From positions 32,001 to 96,000 of the IMG/VR virus record IMGVR_UViG_3300023174_000084: a stretch of 64,000 bases of DNA; one strand, written 5' to 3'. Positions 17,387 to 26,633 of this stretch are shown one piece after another. The stretch comes from a virus. A model generated the notes under the pieces. The model saw nothing but the letters and a program-made list of their open reading frames with translations, had not been told where the DNA came from and did not search any database. Within the stretch, counting starts at the first letter, position 1; each line of letters starts with the position of its first letter. The translations under genes and the position numbers were made by a program.

Positions 17387-18021
17387 TCTTTCTCATTAAA
17401 TTGGTAGAACCACGAATCAGGAGTGCCAACACTCCATTTAGATACATTTTCTACCGAATAAACCTCTGTAGGTATTTTAAAGTCAGGCGTTTTGACAGTC
17501 GGTGGTACCAAAGATACGTCATACCATAGACAACGATTATTTGGCTGACACGCAAACTGTCCATTATCTAGTTGAATAAAATTATATGATTTGTGTTCTT
17601 GCACACCTTCTGAAAAACTGGTGTCAATACGATTAAAATCTGGTGCAGCAAAATCAATTGTAAAAAGGTATTTACCAAAATGAAACACTCGGTCTTTGCC
17701 AAAGTATTTTACTTTTAAACCACGCAGATTAGATTTCTCGATTACTGCCATATCATATGAAAGACAATCCCATATTTGTAGGTTGTCTAAAGGTAAATAA
17801 TCATCAACAGGCTTCCACACATATGCAGAGATTGGTAACTTATCAAACAACGCACCATAATCCGTCAACATACATTCAATACGAAATGCTTGGCCTTTGA
17901 TTGCTTTGGCAGTCATCCATACACAAGGTTCTAATTCACCATGACCTTTTTCATGGTTATAGAGAAACTCTTTACGCACAAAACATTTAACGGGTGGTAT
18001 ATTTGCAACGAGAAAAGACAT
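17383..18021 (-). CDS. conserved hypothetical phage protein (likely start MSFLVANIPP at 18021)
   Basis: TAATG coupling to uvsY; EHKSYNFIQLDNGQFACQPNNR motif. Confidence 0.7.
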   Translation of the reverse strand: MSFLVANIPPVKCFVRKEFLYNHEKGHGELEPCVWMTAKAIKGQAFRIECMLTDYGALFDKLPISAYVWKPVDDYLPLDNLQIWDCLSYDMAVIEKSNLRGLKVKYFGKDRVFHFGKYLFTIDFAAPDFNRIDTSFSEGVQEHKSYNFIQLDNGQFACQPNNRCLWYDVSLVPPTVKTPDFKIPTEVYSVENVSKWSVGTPDSWFYQFNEKD

Positions 18022-18455
18022 TATTGACCTCCAATAAATTTTTCCCAAGAAATAAAATCTCGGAGTTGCCACGTTCTTTGTTTCAATTCATTCATAACAG
18101 ATTCCAAAACTGAAACACATTCTTCATGGTATACTTTTTTCTCTAACATTTTAATCAAATCATCATCACCTTCCAAATAGGCACCGATGTCTGATTTCAA
18201 TACAAACTGAAATGGTTGCCAACCACGATTTTCTAATTCATCTTGGTCCAATCTACCATTATAATAATCAATCTTTATTTTCCGCAAACGCAAGTAATCA
18301 AAGTGTGCTTTCTTGGCTGCAATTTTGTGTTTTGTGAGAATGGAGAGGTATTTGTTGTGTAGAATAGGAATACGAAGCAGTTCTTTACCAGGTTCTGTCT
18401 GGTCCATTTCTGCATCTTTTTCCCAATACTTCAATACTTGTTCTAGATTTTCCAT
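18021..18455 (-). CDS. uvsY: recombination mediator UvsY
   Basis: W.KD..MD, IP.LH.KY, YYNG, YLEGDDD, W.KF.GG; synteny with uvsW. Confidence 0.88.
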   Translation of the reverse strand: MENLEQVLKYWEKDAEMDQTEPGKELLRIPILHNKYLSILTKHKIAAKKAHFDYLRLRKIKIDYYNGRLDQDELENRGWQPFQFVLKSDIGAYLEGDDDLIKMLEKKVYHEECVSVLESVMNELKQRTWQLRDFISWEKFIGGQ

Positions 18456-18486
18456 AATATTTTCAATAGTTTAACACCAGTTTTAC

Positions 18487-18515
18487 ATACTAACACAAAC
18501 TATGTTAAATGGCAA
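18487..18515 (-). promoter_or_regulatory. sigma70 promoter TTGCCA-N17-TAGTAT with extended TG for uvsY-uvsW
   Basis: -35 18515..18510, -10 18492..18487. Confidence 0.65.
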
Positions 18516-18528
18516 TACTTTGTGTTAA

Positions 18529-19065
18529 TTAAACTGGTACAAATTTAAACTGGTCAAAAACGAAAGTGGCATCGGCTGTAATCATATCATCTGCCGATTG
18601 TTTTGTATCAAAAAAGATATCTGATAGAGATACTGGAAACATGTTAGTAAACTCTACACGAATAATTGGATTATTTAAAGCACTTAATATAGTTAATGTG
18701 GCATCAGAATATTGTTGTTTATCACTAGCCATATTATTATATTGATTCTGTAATGCCGTTTTTAGATTTCGTTCATCGGTACCGTCTGGAGATGCAAAAG
18801 ACCGAAACCAATCATGTAATTGAATCCATGATGTCATATCTTCATTCACCAAAAAATTCATATTAAAATTATTATATAATATTTGATTACCAGGCGAATA
18901 TACCATTACGCTTGGAAAACTGATTGGGGCCTGTCCTACGCTGACTCCTGGTATGTTTACAGACTGACAGAACCATGTCGTATCCGGTATCCTACTGAAA
19001 GTCATTAGAAACTTTGTAGGTTGTAGATAGTTGGTGTTTTGAGGAGTTCTAGTTAATACATTCAT
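18529..19065 (-). CDS. 3: tail completion / tube terminator gp3
   Basis: NYLQPTKF, FCQSVNIPG, FLVNED, SDATLTIL, FPVSLS. Confidence 0.88.
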   Translation of the reverse strand: MNVLTRTPQNTNYLQPTKFLMTFSRIPDTTWFCQSVNIPGVSVGQAPISFPSVMVYSPGNQILYNNFNMNFLVNEDMTSWIQLHDWFRSFASPDGTDERNLKTALQNQYNNMASDKQQYSDATLTILSALNNPIIRVEFTNMFPVSLSDIFFDTKQSADDMITADATFVFDQFKFVPV

Positions 19066-19070
19066 ACAGA

Positions 19071-19078
19071 TATTTAGG
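19071..19078 (-). promoter_or_regulatory. late promoter CCTAAATA 5 nt before the gp3 ATG
   Basis: Immediately after the gp23 terminator. Confidence 0.7.
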
Positions 19079-19082
19079 CCAT

Positions 19083-19110
19083 AAAAAAAGAGACCTCCGA
19101 AGAGGTCTCT
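19083..19110 (-). terminator. intrinsic terminator with cUUCGg loop after gp23
   Basis: AGAGACCTC-TTCG-GAGGTCTCT-TTTTTT. Confidence 0.93.
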
Positions 19111-19140
19111 TGAAATGTCCTTCTTGACGAGGACTTTTTA

Positions 19141-20478
19141 TTACATCAAGTTCTTGACGCCAAAAATACGATAGTATTTGTTGGTACGAGCATTCAAACC
19201 ACCCAAGCCAGCGCCGAGACCTTCTGCGAATGGGTTGGATACCATTCCATAACGTGTCTTGAAGCCAATCTTTGGTTGGAATGTGAACTGGTCTACAGCA
19301 CGAACCATCTGTAATGGAACGTATGGGCAATAGAACAGACCAGCATCGTATGGGCTAGAACCTTTGTAACCGATTGTTACGAGTTCTTGGTTGCTTGTGT
19401 AACCACCGAAGTATGGGTCAATGTAGACCTTGATACGACCATGGAGTAAGCCAGCAAATGTGTTGCCTGTGTCATCTACTTGCAAGTCAGCTTGGAGAGC
19501 AGGAGTATATTGCAATACACCAGCCATTGCCATAGCGGAAGCAACGTCAGAAGAAACGATCAACACATTACCTTTACCACGGCGGGTTTGCTTAGCGATA
19601 ACGTTAGCATCACGCTCGATTTGGAAAATCAAGCCTTTGAAACGCTCAACAGACCAACGACCGTTGGAGTCTGTGTCGAGGTCAAAGAAACCAGCAGTTG
19701 TTGTACCATACTGAGCACCTGGAACGGCAACAGTATAGATGGTACGGATAACTTCACGGTTGATTTCAGCGAGAACTTCTGTAGACAGAATGTTAGACAA
19801 TTCTGTTTCAGCATCAAGACCATGAATTGCTTTCAAGTCTTGTGCAAGTTCTAAAGAATACTCAGCTTTCAAAGCACGGCTTTGAGCAGTTACAGTTACC
19901 TTCTCGATAGAGAAAGCCATCTGAGCAAATGCTGTATTGCCATCGGAACCGAGGAATTCAGCAGTAGCTGTTGGCATTGCAATACCAGTTGTATAGCTGT
20001 TAGCAGCCAAAGATGCAGAAACAACAGGGTTTGTACCTGTGTCAGTTGCAGTTGTACCACGGAAACCGTATGGGTTGTTAGCAGAACCAACACCGGAGAA
20101 CATTGTGTTCGCCTCGTTGAAGAATGCCTCGTCACCACCTTGGTTAACATACTTGGCACGCATTGCAAAAATCAAACCGGTAGGACCAGTCATTGGCTGA
20201 ACGCCAGCAACGTCATAAGCGATAAGATTTGGCAATGCACGGCGTACCAACGAAATCAAGATTGGGTCAAAGTTTTGAACACCACCAGTGATGTTTGTTG
20301 GGCCAGCAGACTGCTCGTTAAGAGCTTGCATTTGAGCAGCATCTTGACGCATTGCTTGTTGTTGGTTTTCCAAAACAAGAGCTGTAACAGCTTTCTTGTA
20401 TGGGTCTTTAATGGCGTCTAATTCTGGATGCTCCAGAACAGGTTGCCATTTCTTTTGTAGTTCTTCTGTCAAATACAT
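19141..20478 (-). CDS. 23: major capsid protein gp23
   Basis: LENQ, DPILISLVRR, GVQPMTGPTGLIFA, ELAQDLKAIHGLDAE, YCPYVPL, FQPKIGFKTRYG. Confidence 0.99.
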   Translation of the reverse strand: MYLTEELQKKWQPVLEHPELDAIKDPYKKAVTALVLENQQQAMRQDAAQMQALNEQSAGPTNITGGVQNFDPILISLVRRALPNLIAYDVAGVQPMTGPTGLIFAMRAKYVNQGGDEAFFNEANTMFSGVGSANNPYGFRGTTATDTGTNPVVSASLAANSYTTGIAMPTATAEFLGSDGNTAFAQMAFSIEKVTVTAQSRALKAEYSLELAQDLKAIHGLDAETELSNILSTEVLAEINREVIRTIYTVAVPGAQYGTTTAGFFDLDTDSNGRWSVERFKGLIFQIERDANVIAKQTRRGKGNVLIVSSDVASAMAMAGVLQYTPALQADLQVDDTGNTFAGLLHGRIKVYIDPYFGGYTSNQELVTIGYKGSSPYDAGLFYCPYVPLQMVRAVDQFTFQPKIGFKTRYGMVSNPFAEGLGAGLGGLNARTNKYYRIFGVKNLM

Positions 20479-20512
20479 TTTATTGTTCCTTTTGTTATGT
20501 ATTAGTGGTTAA

Positions 20513-21703
20513 TTACTTAACCAATGTTTGTGAAATGGTTTTTGCGTAGATACTGATAGAAGGATCTTCGGAAACGATTTTATCTTTCTTCTCTTCCTCA
20601 ACCAATACTTCGTCTAAAGCAGATGAATCAGCAACTTTAACATCAGCCTTGAAATATGATTCTTTCAATGTTGATAGTTTGGTAGCAAATTCTTCATCAG
20701 TAGTAAACTCCACACCTTCTGCGAGTGATTTCAGTTTTTCTACTTGAGTCTGCGTAAGGCCTTCACAAGCTGCGTAAATAGCCTCAAACTTTTTGTGCTC
20801 ATTGAGTTCTTTTTTCATCTCAATAGCAGATTGAATTTGTTGATTGTAAGCTTCTTCGAGTTCTTCTACTTTAGCGGTGAGTTCTTCAACAACATCCACT
20901 TTCTCAGCAGGAATATCGATGTAATGCTCTTCAAACAAATCTTTCAAACCGGTAATAAAATCTTCAACGATTTCGGCACGGAGACCTTTTTCGATAGCGA
21001 TTTCATTGTCTTTGACCCATTCTTCAACCATGTAGTTGAGATAGTCATCAACCTTAGCTGCCAAATCTTCTTTGATTTCTTCAACAGCAGCTTCAAATTG
21101 TTCTGTTAATTCAGCTTCAGCTTCAGCAATAACTTCTTCGGCACGAGCAAGAACGGCAGCTTCAAAAATAGTAGAAGCTTTTTGAACAAATTCCTCAGAG
21201 AGATTTTCGCCTGTAAACAGAGCGTCCATATCTTCTTTCATTTTTTCTTTCATCTTCATTTTTTTCATCATTGCTTTGTCTTGAGCTTCATCTTCATGAC
21301 CTTCTTCTTTTTCAGCTTCAGCAATAACTTCTTCTTCAGCTTCTGTTTCTTCGTAAGTCTGAACACCAACTGAACCTTTGTTTAAAGGCATTTGGTTTTT
21401 ACCAGTCTTACCTTCTGGTTGTTCAACAGAACCTTGCTCAGCAGGTTGACCTTTGAGTTTCTTTGCTGGCTCAGAACCAACAGGTGGTTTTGCACCTGGA
21501 GGAGTTGCTGTTGGTACGCCTTTAGTAGCGTCTGGACCAGCATCGGTTGTTTTAGTAACTTCTGTGCCAATGTCGCCCACTTCTTGTGTACCGTAAGCTA
21601 CATCGCCAGATAATTTGGCTGGTTTATCTTGGCCACTTTGTTTACCAGAAACATTACCCGAAAGAATGTCTTTAGCGGCTTCGGACAGATTAAATTTTCC
21701 CAT
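20513..21703 (-). CDS. 22: prohead core scaffold gp22
   Basis: LSEEF..KA.TIFEAAV, VDDYLNY.VEEW, LFEEHYID.P. Confidence 0.92.
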   Translation of the reverse strand: MGKFNLSEAAKDILSGNVSGKQSGQDKPAKLSGDVAYGTQEVGDIGTEVTKTTDAGPDATKGVPTATPPGAKPPVGSEPAKKLKGQPAEQGSVEQPEGKTGKNQMPLNKGSVGVQTYEETEAEEEVIAEAEKEEGHEDEAQDKAMMKKMKMKEKMKEDMDALFTGENLSEEFVQKASTIFEAAVLARAEEVIAEAEAELTEQFEAAVEEIKEDLAAKVDDYLNYMVEEWVKDNEIAIEKGLRAEIVEDFITGLKDLFEEHYIDIPAEKVDVVEELTAKVEELEEAYNQQIQSAIEMKKELNEHKKFEAIYAACEGLTQTQVEKLKSLAEGVEFTTDEEFATKLSTLKESYFKADVKVADSSALDEVLVEEEKKDKIVSEDPSISIYAKTISQTLVK

Positions 21704-21731
21704 TTTAAAAATCTCCTTGATTTATATTGGA

Positions 21732-21739
21732 TATTTATA
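21732..21739 (-). promoter_or_regulatory. late promoter TATAAATA
   Basis: Exact T4 consensus upstream of gp22. Confidence 0.85.
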
Positions 21740-21740
21740 T

Positions 21741-22385
21741 TTAAAGTTTTTTTACGAGTGATTCCCAAATGCGTAGACTTACTTCTTCAATTTCTCTTTG
21801 AGAAGCCTTTTTAATTGCTTGTTTGGCTTCAGAGTATTGCTGTTCAGTCCATACACCATTGACCATCACCCATTCTTTGCCTTCCATAATACCTTGAACG
21901 AAAGCATTTGGAGCAGAAGGGTCTGCTACAATATCCGCCGCTGTGGCTAGATGAAAATCATCTTGAACTACATTGACACCATTGACAGATTTGAGAGAAC
22001 CCATACCACGAGATGATACTCCAATCTGAGCACCACCTTCGATAAGGCTCTTAACAATCTGACCCATAGGTGTGTCAAGAATCTTTGCTTTGCCTATCCA
22101 ATCATTTCCCTCTTGACGAAGGCTCACAACCATGTGGGAAACTCTGTCAAGATTGATTGATGGGGTGTCTGGATGACCCAGCTCACCAAAGGCACGATTT
22201 TTATTGATATATTGTTCTGTGTATCTTTCTACTTCTTTGGCCATGGTCTCTTTGAGATATTTACGGCCATTACGGTTTACCACTTCTGCTTGGAGAAATG
22301 GACCCTCAATGTAAAGATTACGCTTGCCGTCTTTATCTTCAGCAAGATATTGTAGTGTTTCGGTGACTTCTGTTATTAACTTCAT
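21741..22385 (-). CDS. 21: prohead protease gp21
   Basis: NRNGR.Y, GELGHP, GVSSRGMGS, DIVADPSAPNA. Confidence 0.97.
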   Translation of the reverse strand: MKLITEVTETLQYLAEDKDGKRNLYIEGPFLQAEVVNRNGRKYLKETMAKEVERYTEQYINKNRAFGELGHPDTPSINLDRVSHMVVSLRQEGNDWIGKAKILDTPMGQIVKSLIEGGAQIGVSSRGMGSLKSVNGVNVVQDDFHLATAADIVADPSAPNAFVQGIMEGKEWVMVNGVWTEQQYSEAKQAIKKASQREIEEVSLRIWESLVKKL

Positions 22386-22804
22386 TATAGTCCCATTGCC
22401 TTTCTTTTTCTTAATGTCATCTGGCGTTTTCTTAACGCTTGACGCAATTTAGACCGTCTTTTAAATTTAGACCGTCTTGCAGCTAACTTTCGTTTTCTGC
22501 GTTCTACGGGTGACATTCTTGTTAACTTGCCACCACGAATTGTGAAACCTGGTACTGCTGACTTCTTAACTCTCCGTTGTAGTTTACCACCACGGAAACG
22601 CACACGAATAAGTTTTGTTCGACCCATTCGTTGCACATTGGCTTCGTTTACTTCTTCAAACTCAACATTATCATACATCTCTGTTGCCAACCGAATTTTA
22701 ACTTGGTTAACTTTTTCATTAACCAAGTCTTGTATTCGTTGAACTAAAACTTCTTTTGCTTCAACTATTTTATTTTGTAATAGTTTGGAAACAAATTCTT
22801 GCAT
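22385..22804 (-). CDS. 68: prohead core protein gp68-like
   Basis: Highly basic C-terminus ending RKRKAMGL, directly upstream of gp21. Confidence 0.75.
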   Translation of the reverse strand: MQEFVSKLLQNKIVEAKEVLVQRIQDLVNEKVNQVKIRLATEMYDNVEFEEVNEANVQRMGRTKLIRVRFRGGKLQRRVKKSAVPGFTIRGGKLTRMSPVERRKRKLAARRSKFKRRSKLRQALRKRQMTLRKRKAMGL

Positions 22805-23340
22805 TATGTCCTCGATGTTGGAGTTACACCATAAGGAGGATAGTTAAATGCAGCTGGATCAGTAAACTGACCAGAACTATAAAAACGATTGTCTTTGTGT
22901 AATTCAATAATTAATGTGTAAGCGGCATTACCTGTTGTACCAACGGTTGTAATTGTTACATTGCCTGTAGGACCAACAGCATTATTTGTAATTGCAGGCA
23001 TTTGATATTGTGGGTTTGTATCACCAGCACCAACACCTAATGCATAAATTGTGGCATCAGCAGTTGTGCCTTGCCATTTTAATTGTAAATGACCAACTTC
23101 AGCATCAACATTATAAATGACACGAGAAATTGTAAATGCAGAATTAGCAAAACCAGGAGCGGTTGTATTACCTGTCTGATATGGTAAGTTATTAGCATTT
23201 AAAGCACCAGACAAAGCTCGTGGATCAATAACAACTGTCAACGCTTCATTTCCGCCAGCGGCATCAAAAATACCTACTCGTTTAATTACGGTACGCTTTG
23301 TTGTATCAACTAAAATTTGTGTGCTATTTGATGTTGCCAT
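22804..23340 (-). CDS. putative virion protein, paralog B
   Basis: Shares TxQ...DT....VIK, R..Y, YT.I.EL.K, GQF.DPAAFNYPPYG with neighbour. Confidence 0.7.
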   Translation of the reverse strand: MATSNSTQILVDTTKRTVIKRVGIFDAAGGNEALTVVIDPRALSGALNANNLPYQTGNTTAPGFANSAFTISRVIYNVDAEVGHLQLKWQGTTADATIYALGVGAGDTNPQYQMPAITNNAVGPTGNVTITTVGTTGNAAYTLIIELHKDNRFYSSGQFTDPAAFNYPPYGVTPTSRT

Positions 23341-23353
23341 TTTTTTATCCTAA

Positions 23354-23893
23354 TTATTTTGTACCAGTTAATCCGTATGGTGGATAGTTAAATGCAGCTG
23401 GATCATTAAACTGTCCACGCTGATAATATTCATTTAACTTTCTCAATTCCATAATAATTGTATAACTTGATGTGTTGCAATTTGGTGCTAAACGACTTCT
23501 AATACCAATATCGCCATTTGTATTAGCGATAGCAGTATTAGGATTCGGTATTGTTACCCAATTTCCGTTACCATCGTATTCTCCATTACCATTCATCAAT
23601 AGAATAGTTTGTGGATCATCAGAATACCAATACAGCTCAACATCACCTTCATATGGCCATGTGTCGTACCAAACTCGGTTGACAGTTAAACCATAATATG
23701 GCTTGGCTGTATTACTTAAACTTAAATGTGTCTTTAAAGGCACATTGTTTGCATCTAACGCACCGTATAGTGTATTTGCTTGTATACGATGTGCATTATC
23801 TTCATTTGTAGAACCGTCAAACGAACCTGTTATTTTAATAACGGCGTGTTCTGTGGTATCTTTAACAACCTGATATGTAAACTTATTCGGCAT
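23354..23893 (-). CDS. putative virion protein, paralog A
   Basis: Same motifs as paralog B; head cluster. Confidence 0.7.
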   Translation of the reverse strand: MPNKFTYQVVKDTTEHAVIKITGSFDGSTNEDNAHRIQANTLYGALDANNVPLKTHLSLSNTAKPYYGLTVNRVWYDTWPYEGDVELYWYSDDPQTILLMNGNGEYDGNGNWVTIPNPNTAIANTNGDIGIRSRLAPNCNTSSYTIIMELRKLNEYYQRGQFNDPAAFNYPPYGLTGTK

Positions 23894-24113
23894 TTACTTC
23901 TTCATCCATGGAACCTGTTGAGGACCATTGCATGGCAGTATATGGAACGGTTACATATTTATTAATCTTATCAACATAATAAAGAGCTACTCTCTGATTG
24001 TTTGGAAACTGACGAATCGATTTTCGTTTCATAATCAATACCGCAGGTGGATCCATGGGAGCACTATGGTCTTCCTTTTCATTCAAAGATCGTAGTTCTT
24101 TAAGTGTTTTCAC
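23883..24113 (-). CDS. small head-cluster protein (likely GTG start at 24113, MKTLKELRSLNE...)
   Basis: AGAGGA SD before GTG; overlaps the stop of the upstream gene. Confidence 0.6.
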   Translation of the reverse strand: MKTLKELRSLNEKEDHSAPMDPPAVLIMKRKSIRQFPNNQRVALYYVDKINKYVTVPYTAMQWSSTGSMDEEVNAE

Positions 24114-24306
24114 TTGTATTTTCCTCTGGTTGAATTTCTGTTTCAACTTCTTCTGTTTCTTCTGGCGCAAACATATTCTGTGCAACAGCTTGTTTGGCAG
24201 CATCTAAATGTGCAGTAACACGGTCATGAATGTTAGCATATAATGCATCACGCATTTCTTTAGCATTATCATTAACTGCATAATCTATAATTTGTCTTGT
24301 GTCCAT
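24100..24306 (-). CDS. acidic prohead core protein, gp67-like
   Basis: Small, Glu-rich C-terminus, immediately after portal; GGAG SD. Confidence 0.6.
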   Translation of the reverse strand: MDTRQIIDYAVNDNAKEMRDALYANIHDRVTAHLDAAKQAVAQNMFAPEETEEVETEIQPEENTSENT

Positions 24307-24323
24307 TTTATCTCCAATCTCAA

Positions 24324-24331
24324 TATTTATA
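24324..24331 (-). promoter_or_regulatory. late promoter TATAAATA
   Basis: Exact consensus overlapping the gp20 stop. Confidence 0.8.
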
Positions 24332-25994
24332 ATAACTGTTTCAATTTAACAAATGTTCCTGCTGACTCTTGGCGCATACCAGCATCTTGTGCTTGTTGCA
24401 ATTCATTTTGATGAGTTGCTAAAGCTGCTTGTTGGTCGGCTTGTATATCACCAACCATTTGTTGTTGAGCTACCGTATTGGTAACATCAACAGGTAAACC
24501 TAAACCGGCTTCTTTTTCTTCATCAATCTCACTTTGCATTTCTTTAATCTGGTCGTCTGTCATGCGTAATACATTACGTTGAATCCATGCTTGTGAGAAG
24601 TACCGACCGGTGTATGGATCTACCGAAGCCAAAAGAGATAATCTTTCTCTCATTAATTCAGCTTCTTTAAGTTCACTAAAGTTATTATCTTTAACAAAGT
24701 CGTAAATAATACTTTCTTTAAATTGATCCCATTCATCAGCGGTACAAATACCTTTTAATACACACTGCACACGGAGTGCCTGATTAAAGATATCAGAGAA
24801 CTTACTACGCAAACGGTCTACAAACTTTGCAAACTTTAATTCGTCACGAGTAACTTCTGCAACACGACCAATTGAGAAACCTTGATTAGGTTCCAAACGA
24901 GAGATTGGCACCGAAAGTGATTGATACAATTTCTTTTGGAAATACTTAACATCTTCTAACTCACCTAAGTTTTGACCACCAGGTAAGGTAGAAATTTCGG
25001 TGCCTTTGCCACCTTCACGGCGAGGTAACCAGAAATCTTCCATCATTGATAAGAATTTACGGTCATCACGAACTTCACCGGTGTTTGCATCATATACCAG
25101 TTTGTTCTTATACTTGACCATAATATCACGCAGATATTGTTCTGCTTTTAGTTTAGGTAAATTACCTACATCAATATAAAAAATACGGCGTTCTGGTGCT
25201 CGTGAGATACGATAGATAACTGTCGCATCTTCAATCATGCGTAACTGGTTTAACGGCTTTATAGCTTTGTGTAAATATGATAAAACAACAGCACGGCGGC
25301 TGTCCATGAGACCAGAAACAACAGATATGATTGAGTCAGTAGTGATCCGAACGCCAACAGGACCATAGTTGCTTGAACTACCAGTAACGACTTTATCGTT
25401 AAAGATGTAATATTCGTTAAATACATCAACAACTTCTGCACCTGTTCTTTCATCTTTCTTCTTCTTTATTTCTCTAACTTTACGAAGTTTGCGTGGATCA
25501 ATGTATCTTAATTCTTTAATACCAGCAATTGGATTTTCTTTATCAATAATAATGTTATAATACATTCTGCCGTCAATATAAAAACGGCGAAAGATATCTT
25601 GTGCCATGTGTTTGTAATTTAACAAACGAAGAATGGTATTAAATTCTTCTTTAATGGCCTTTTTAATTTTTTCTGGTTGTTCTAATTTATCTAAAACAAT
25701 CTGTGTAACGATACCATCTTCATCTTGGCAAATAGCTTCATTCATAATATCGTCTATCGCTGATTCAATTTCTGGCTGCATAGCCATTTCACGATAACGA
25801 GAGATGAGTTCTACTTCATTTTTTGCCGTGCCGTCTAAATCAACATATGTACCGTAATATGCGGCCGAAGAAATGGTAAGAGCACCATCTTCATTTGAAG
25901 GTGGTGTAAAGGATGGTTGTAGAGCCTGTTCTTCCTCGGTTTTTCTCCGAGAAATCTCAAAACCAAAGAGAGAGAATTTATTTTGAGCTGCCAT
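24327..25994 (-). CDS. 20: portal protein gp20
   Basis: NQLRMIEDA.VIYRISRAPERRIFYIDVGNLPK, EDFWLPRREGG.GTEI. Confidence 0.99.
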   Translation of the reverse strand: MAAQNKFSLFGFEISRRKTEEEQALQPSFTPPSNEDGALTISSAAYYGTYVDLDGTAKNEVELISRYREMAMQPEIESAIDDIMNEAICQDEDGIVTQIVLDKLEQPEKIKKAIKEEFNTILRLLNYKHMAQDIFRRFYIDGRMYYNIIIDKENPIAGIKELRYIDPRKLRKVREIKKKKDERTGAEVVDVFNEYYIFNDKVVTGSSSNYGPVGVRITTDSIISVVSGLMDSRRAVVLSYLHKAIKPLNQLRMIEDATVIYRISRAPERRIFYIDVGNLPKLKAEQYLRDIMVKYKNKLVYDANTGEVRDDRKFLSMMEDFWLPRREGGKGTEISTLPGGQNLGELEDVKYFQKKLYQSLSVPISRLEPNQGFSIGRVAEVTRDELKFAKFVDRLRSKFSDIFNQALRVQCVLKGICTADEWDQFKESIIYDFVKDNNFSELKEAELMRERLSLLASVDPYTGRYFSQAWIQRNVLRMTDDQIKEMQSEIDEEKEAGLGLPVDVTNTVAQQQMVGDIQADQQAALATHQNELQQAQDAGMRQESAGTFVKLKQLL

Positions 25995-26023
25995 ATTTTA
26001 TAGATTCCAATTCAATTAAACAT

Positions 26024-26046
26024 AAAGAGAGGACCGAAGTCCTCTC
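26024..26046 (-). terminator. hairpin with cUUCGg loop after gp19
   Basis: GAGAGGAC-TTCG-GTCCTCTC-TTT. Confidence 0.8.
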
Positions 26047-26060
26047 GAAACAAAAACATA

Positions 26061-26603
26061 TTAAGTAGTAGTGTTGGATTCCCAATATTGGAAAGCGAAT
26101 GTGGCCGAGTATTCTTCAATCACATCATTTGAACCCCAATCTAAATCAATTGGTGCGATATCCAATGGGAAAACACCTACAAACTTATAAGATTTCAATT
26201 CGTTACCAGCTTTTCCGTATTGTGTAACAACTGCATCTACGGTATAACCTGTTGGGTTAACTGCTCCAGTATTACGAACATTAGTTGTATGACTGTTGAT
26301 TGCGTTCATCCACGATTCGAGAGCGTTACGAACTACAAAGTCCTCGTCATTGATAATCTGTAATGTCCAGTCTGTAAATGTTCTGTTACCAGCAAATTTT
26401 AATTCACGACCAAAATAAAACACAGGCACAGTACCTACGGTAGAACCTGGTAACTGTGCTGATTTTGCCATGAATGTTGTTTTAGCACCTGCGGCTGTGC
26501 CGTTGGTTGCAACTGTTGGAAATGTTAGAGTAACTTGGAATAGATTAGGACGGGCACCGTCACCAATCATATTCGCTCTAAATTCTGCTACATTGAATGC
26601 CAT
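26061..26603 (-). CDS. 19: tail tube protein gp19
   Basis: GARPNLF, GRELKFAGNRTF.DW...INDEDF. Confidence 0.96.
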   Translation of the reverse strand: MAFNVAEFRANMIGDGARPNLFQVTLTFPTVATNGTAAGAKTTFMAKSAQLPGSTVGTVPVFYFGRELKFAGNRTFTDWTLQIINDEDFVVRNALESWMNAINSHTTNVRNTGAVNPTGYTVDAVVTQYGKAGNELKSYKFVGVFPLDIAPIDLDWGSNDVIEEYSATFAFQYWESNTTT

Positions 26604-26625
26604 TTGTATTCTCCTATATCGTGGT

Positions 26626-26633
26626 TATTTATT
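26626..26633 (-). promoter_or_regulatory. late promoter AATAAATA
   Basis: Overlaps the gp18 stop, upstream of gp19. Confidence 0.7.

Noticed and set aside
19116-19134. TTGACG inside a small hairpin after gp23 as another antisense promoter
   Set aside because: No -10 element at 16-18 bp spacing
19049-19330. 93-aa ORF spanning the gp23 end and terminator
   Set aside because: Out-of-frame overlap with gp23 and crosses a strong terminator
19430-21814. Plus-strand ORFs opposite gp23 and gp22
   Set aside because: Shadows of strongly biased codon usage; no SD or promoter support
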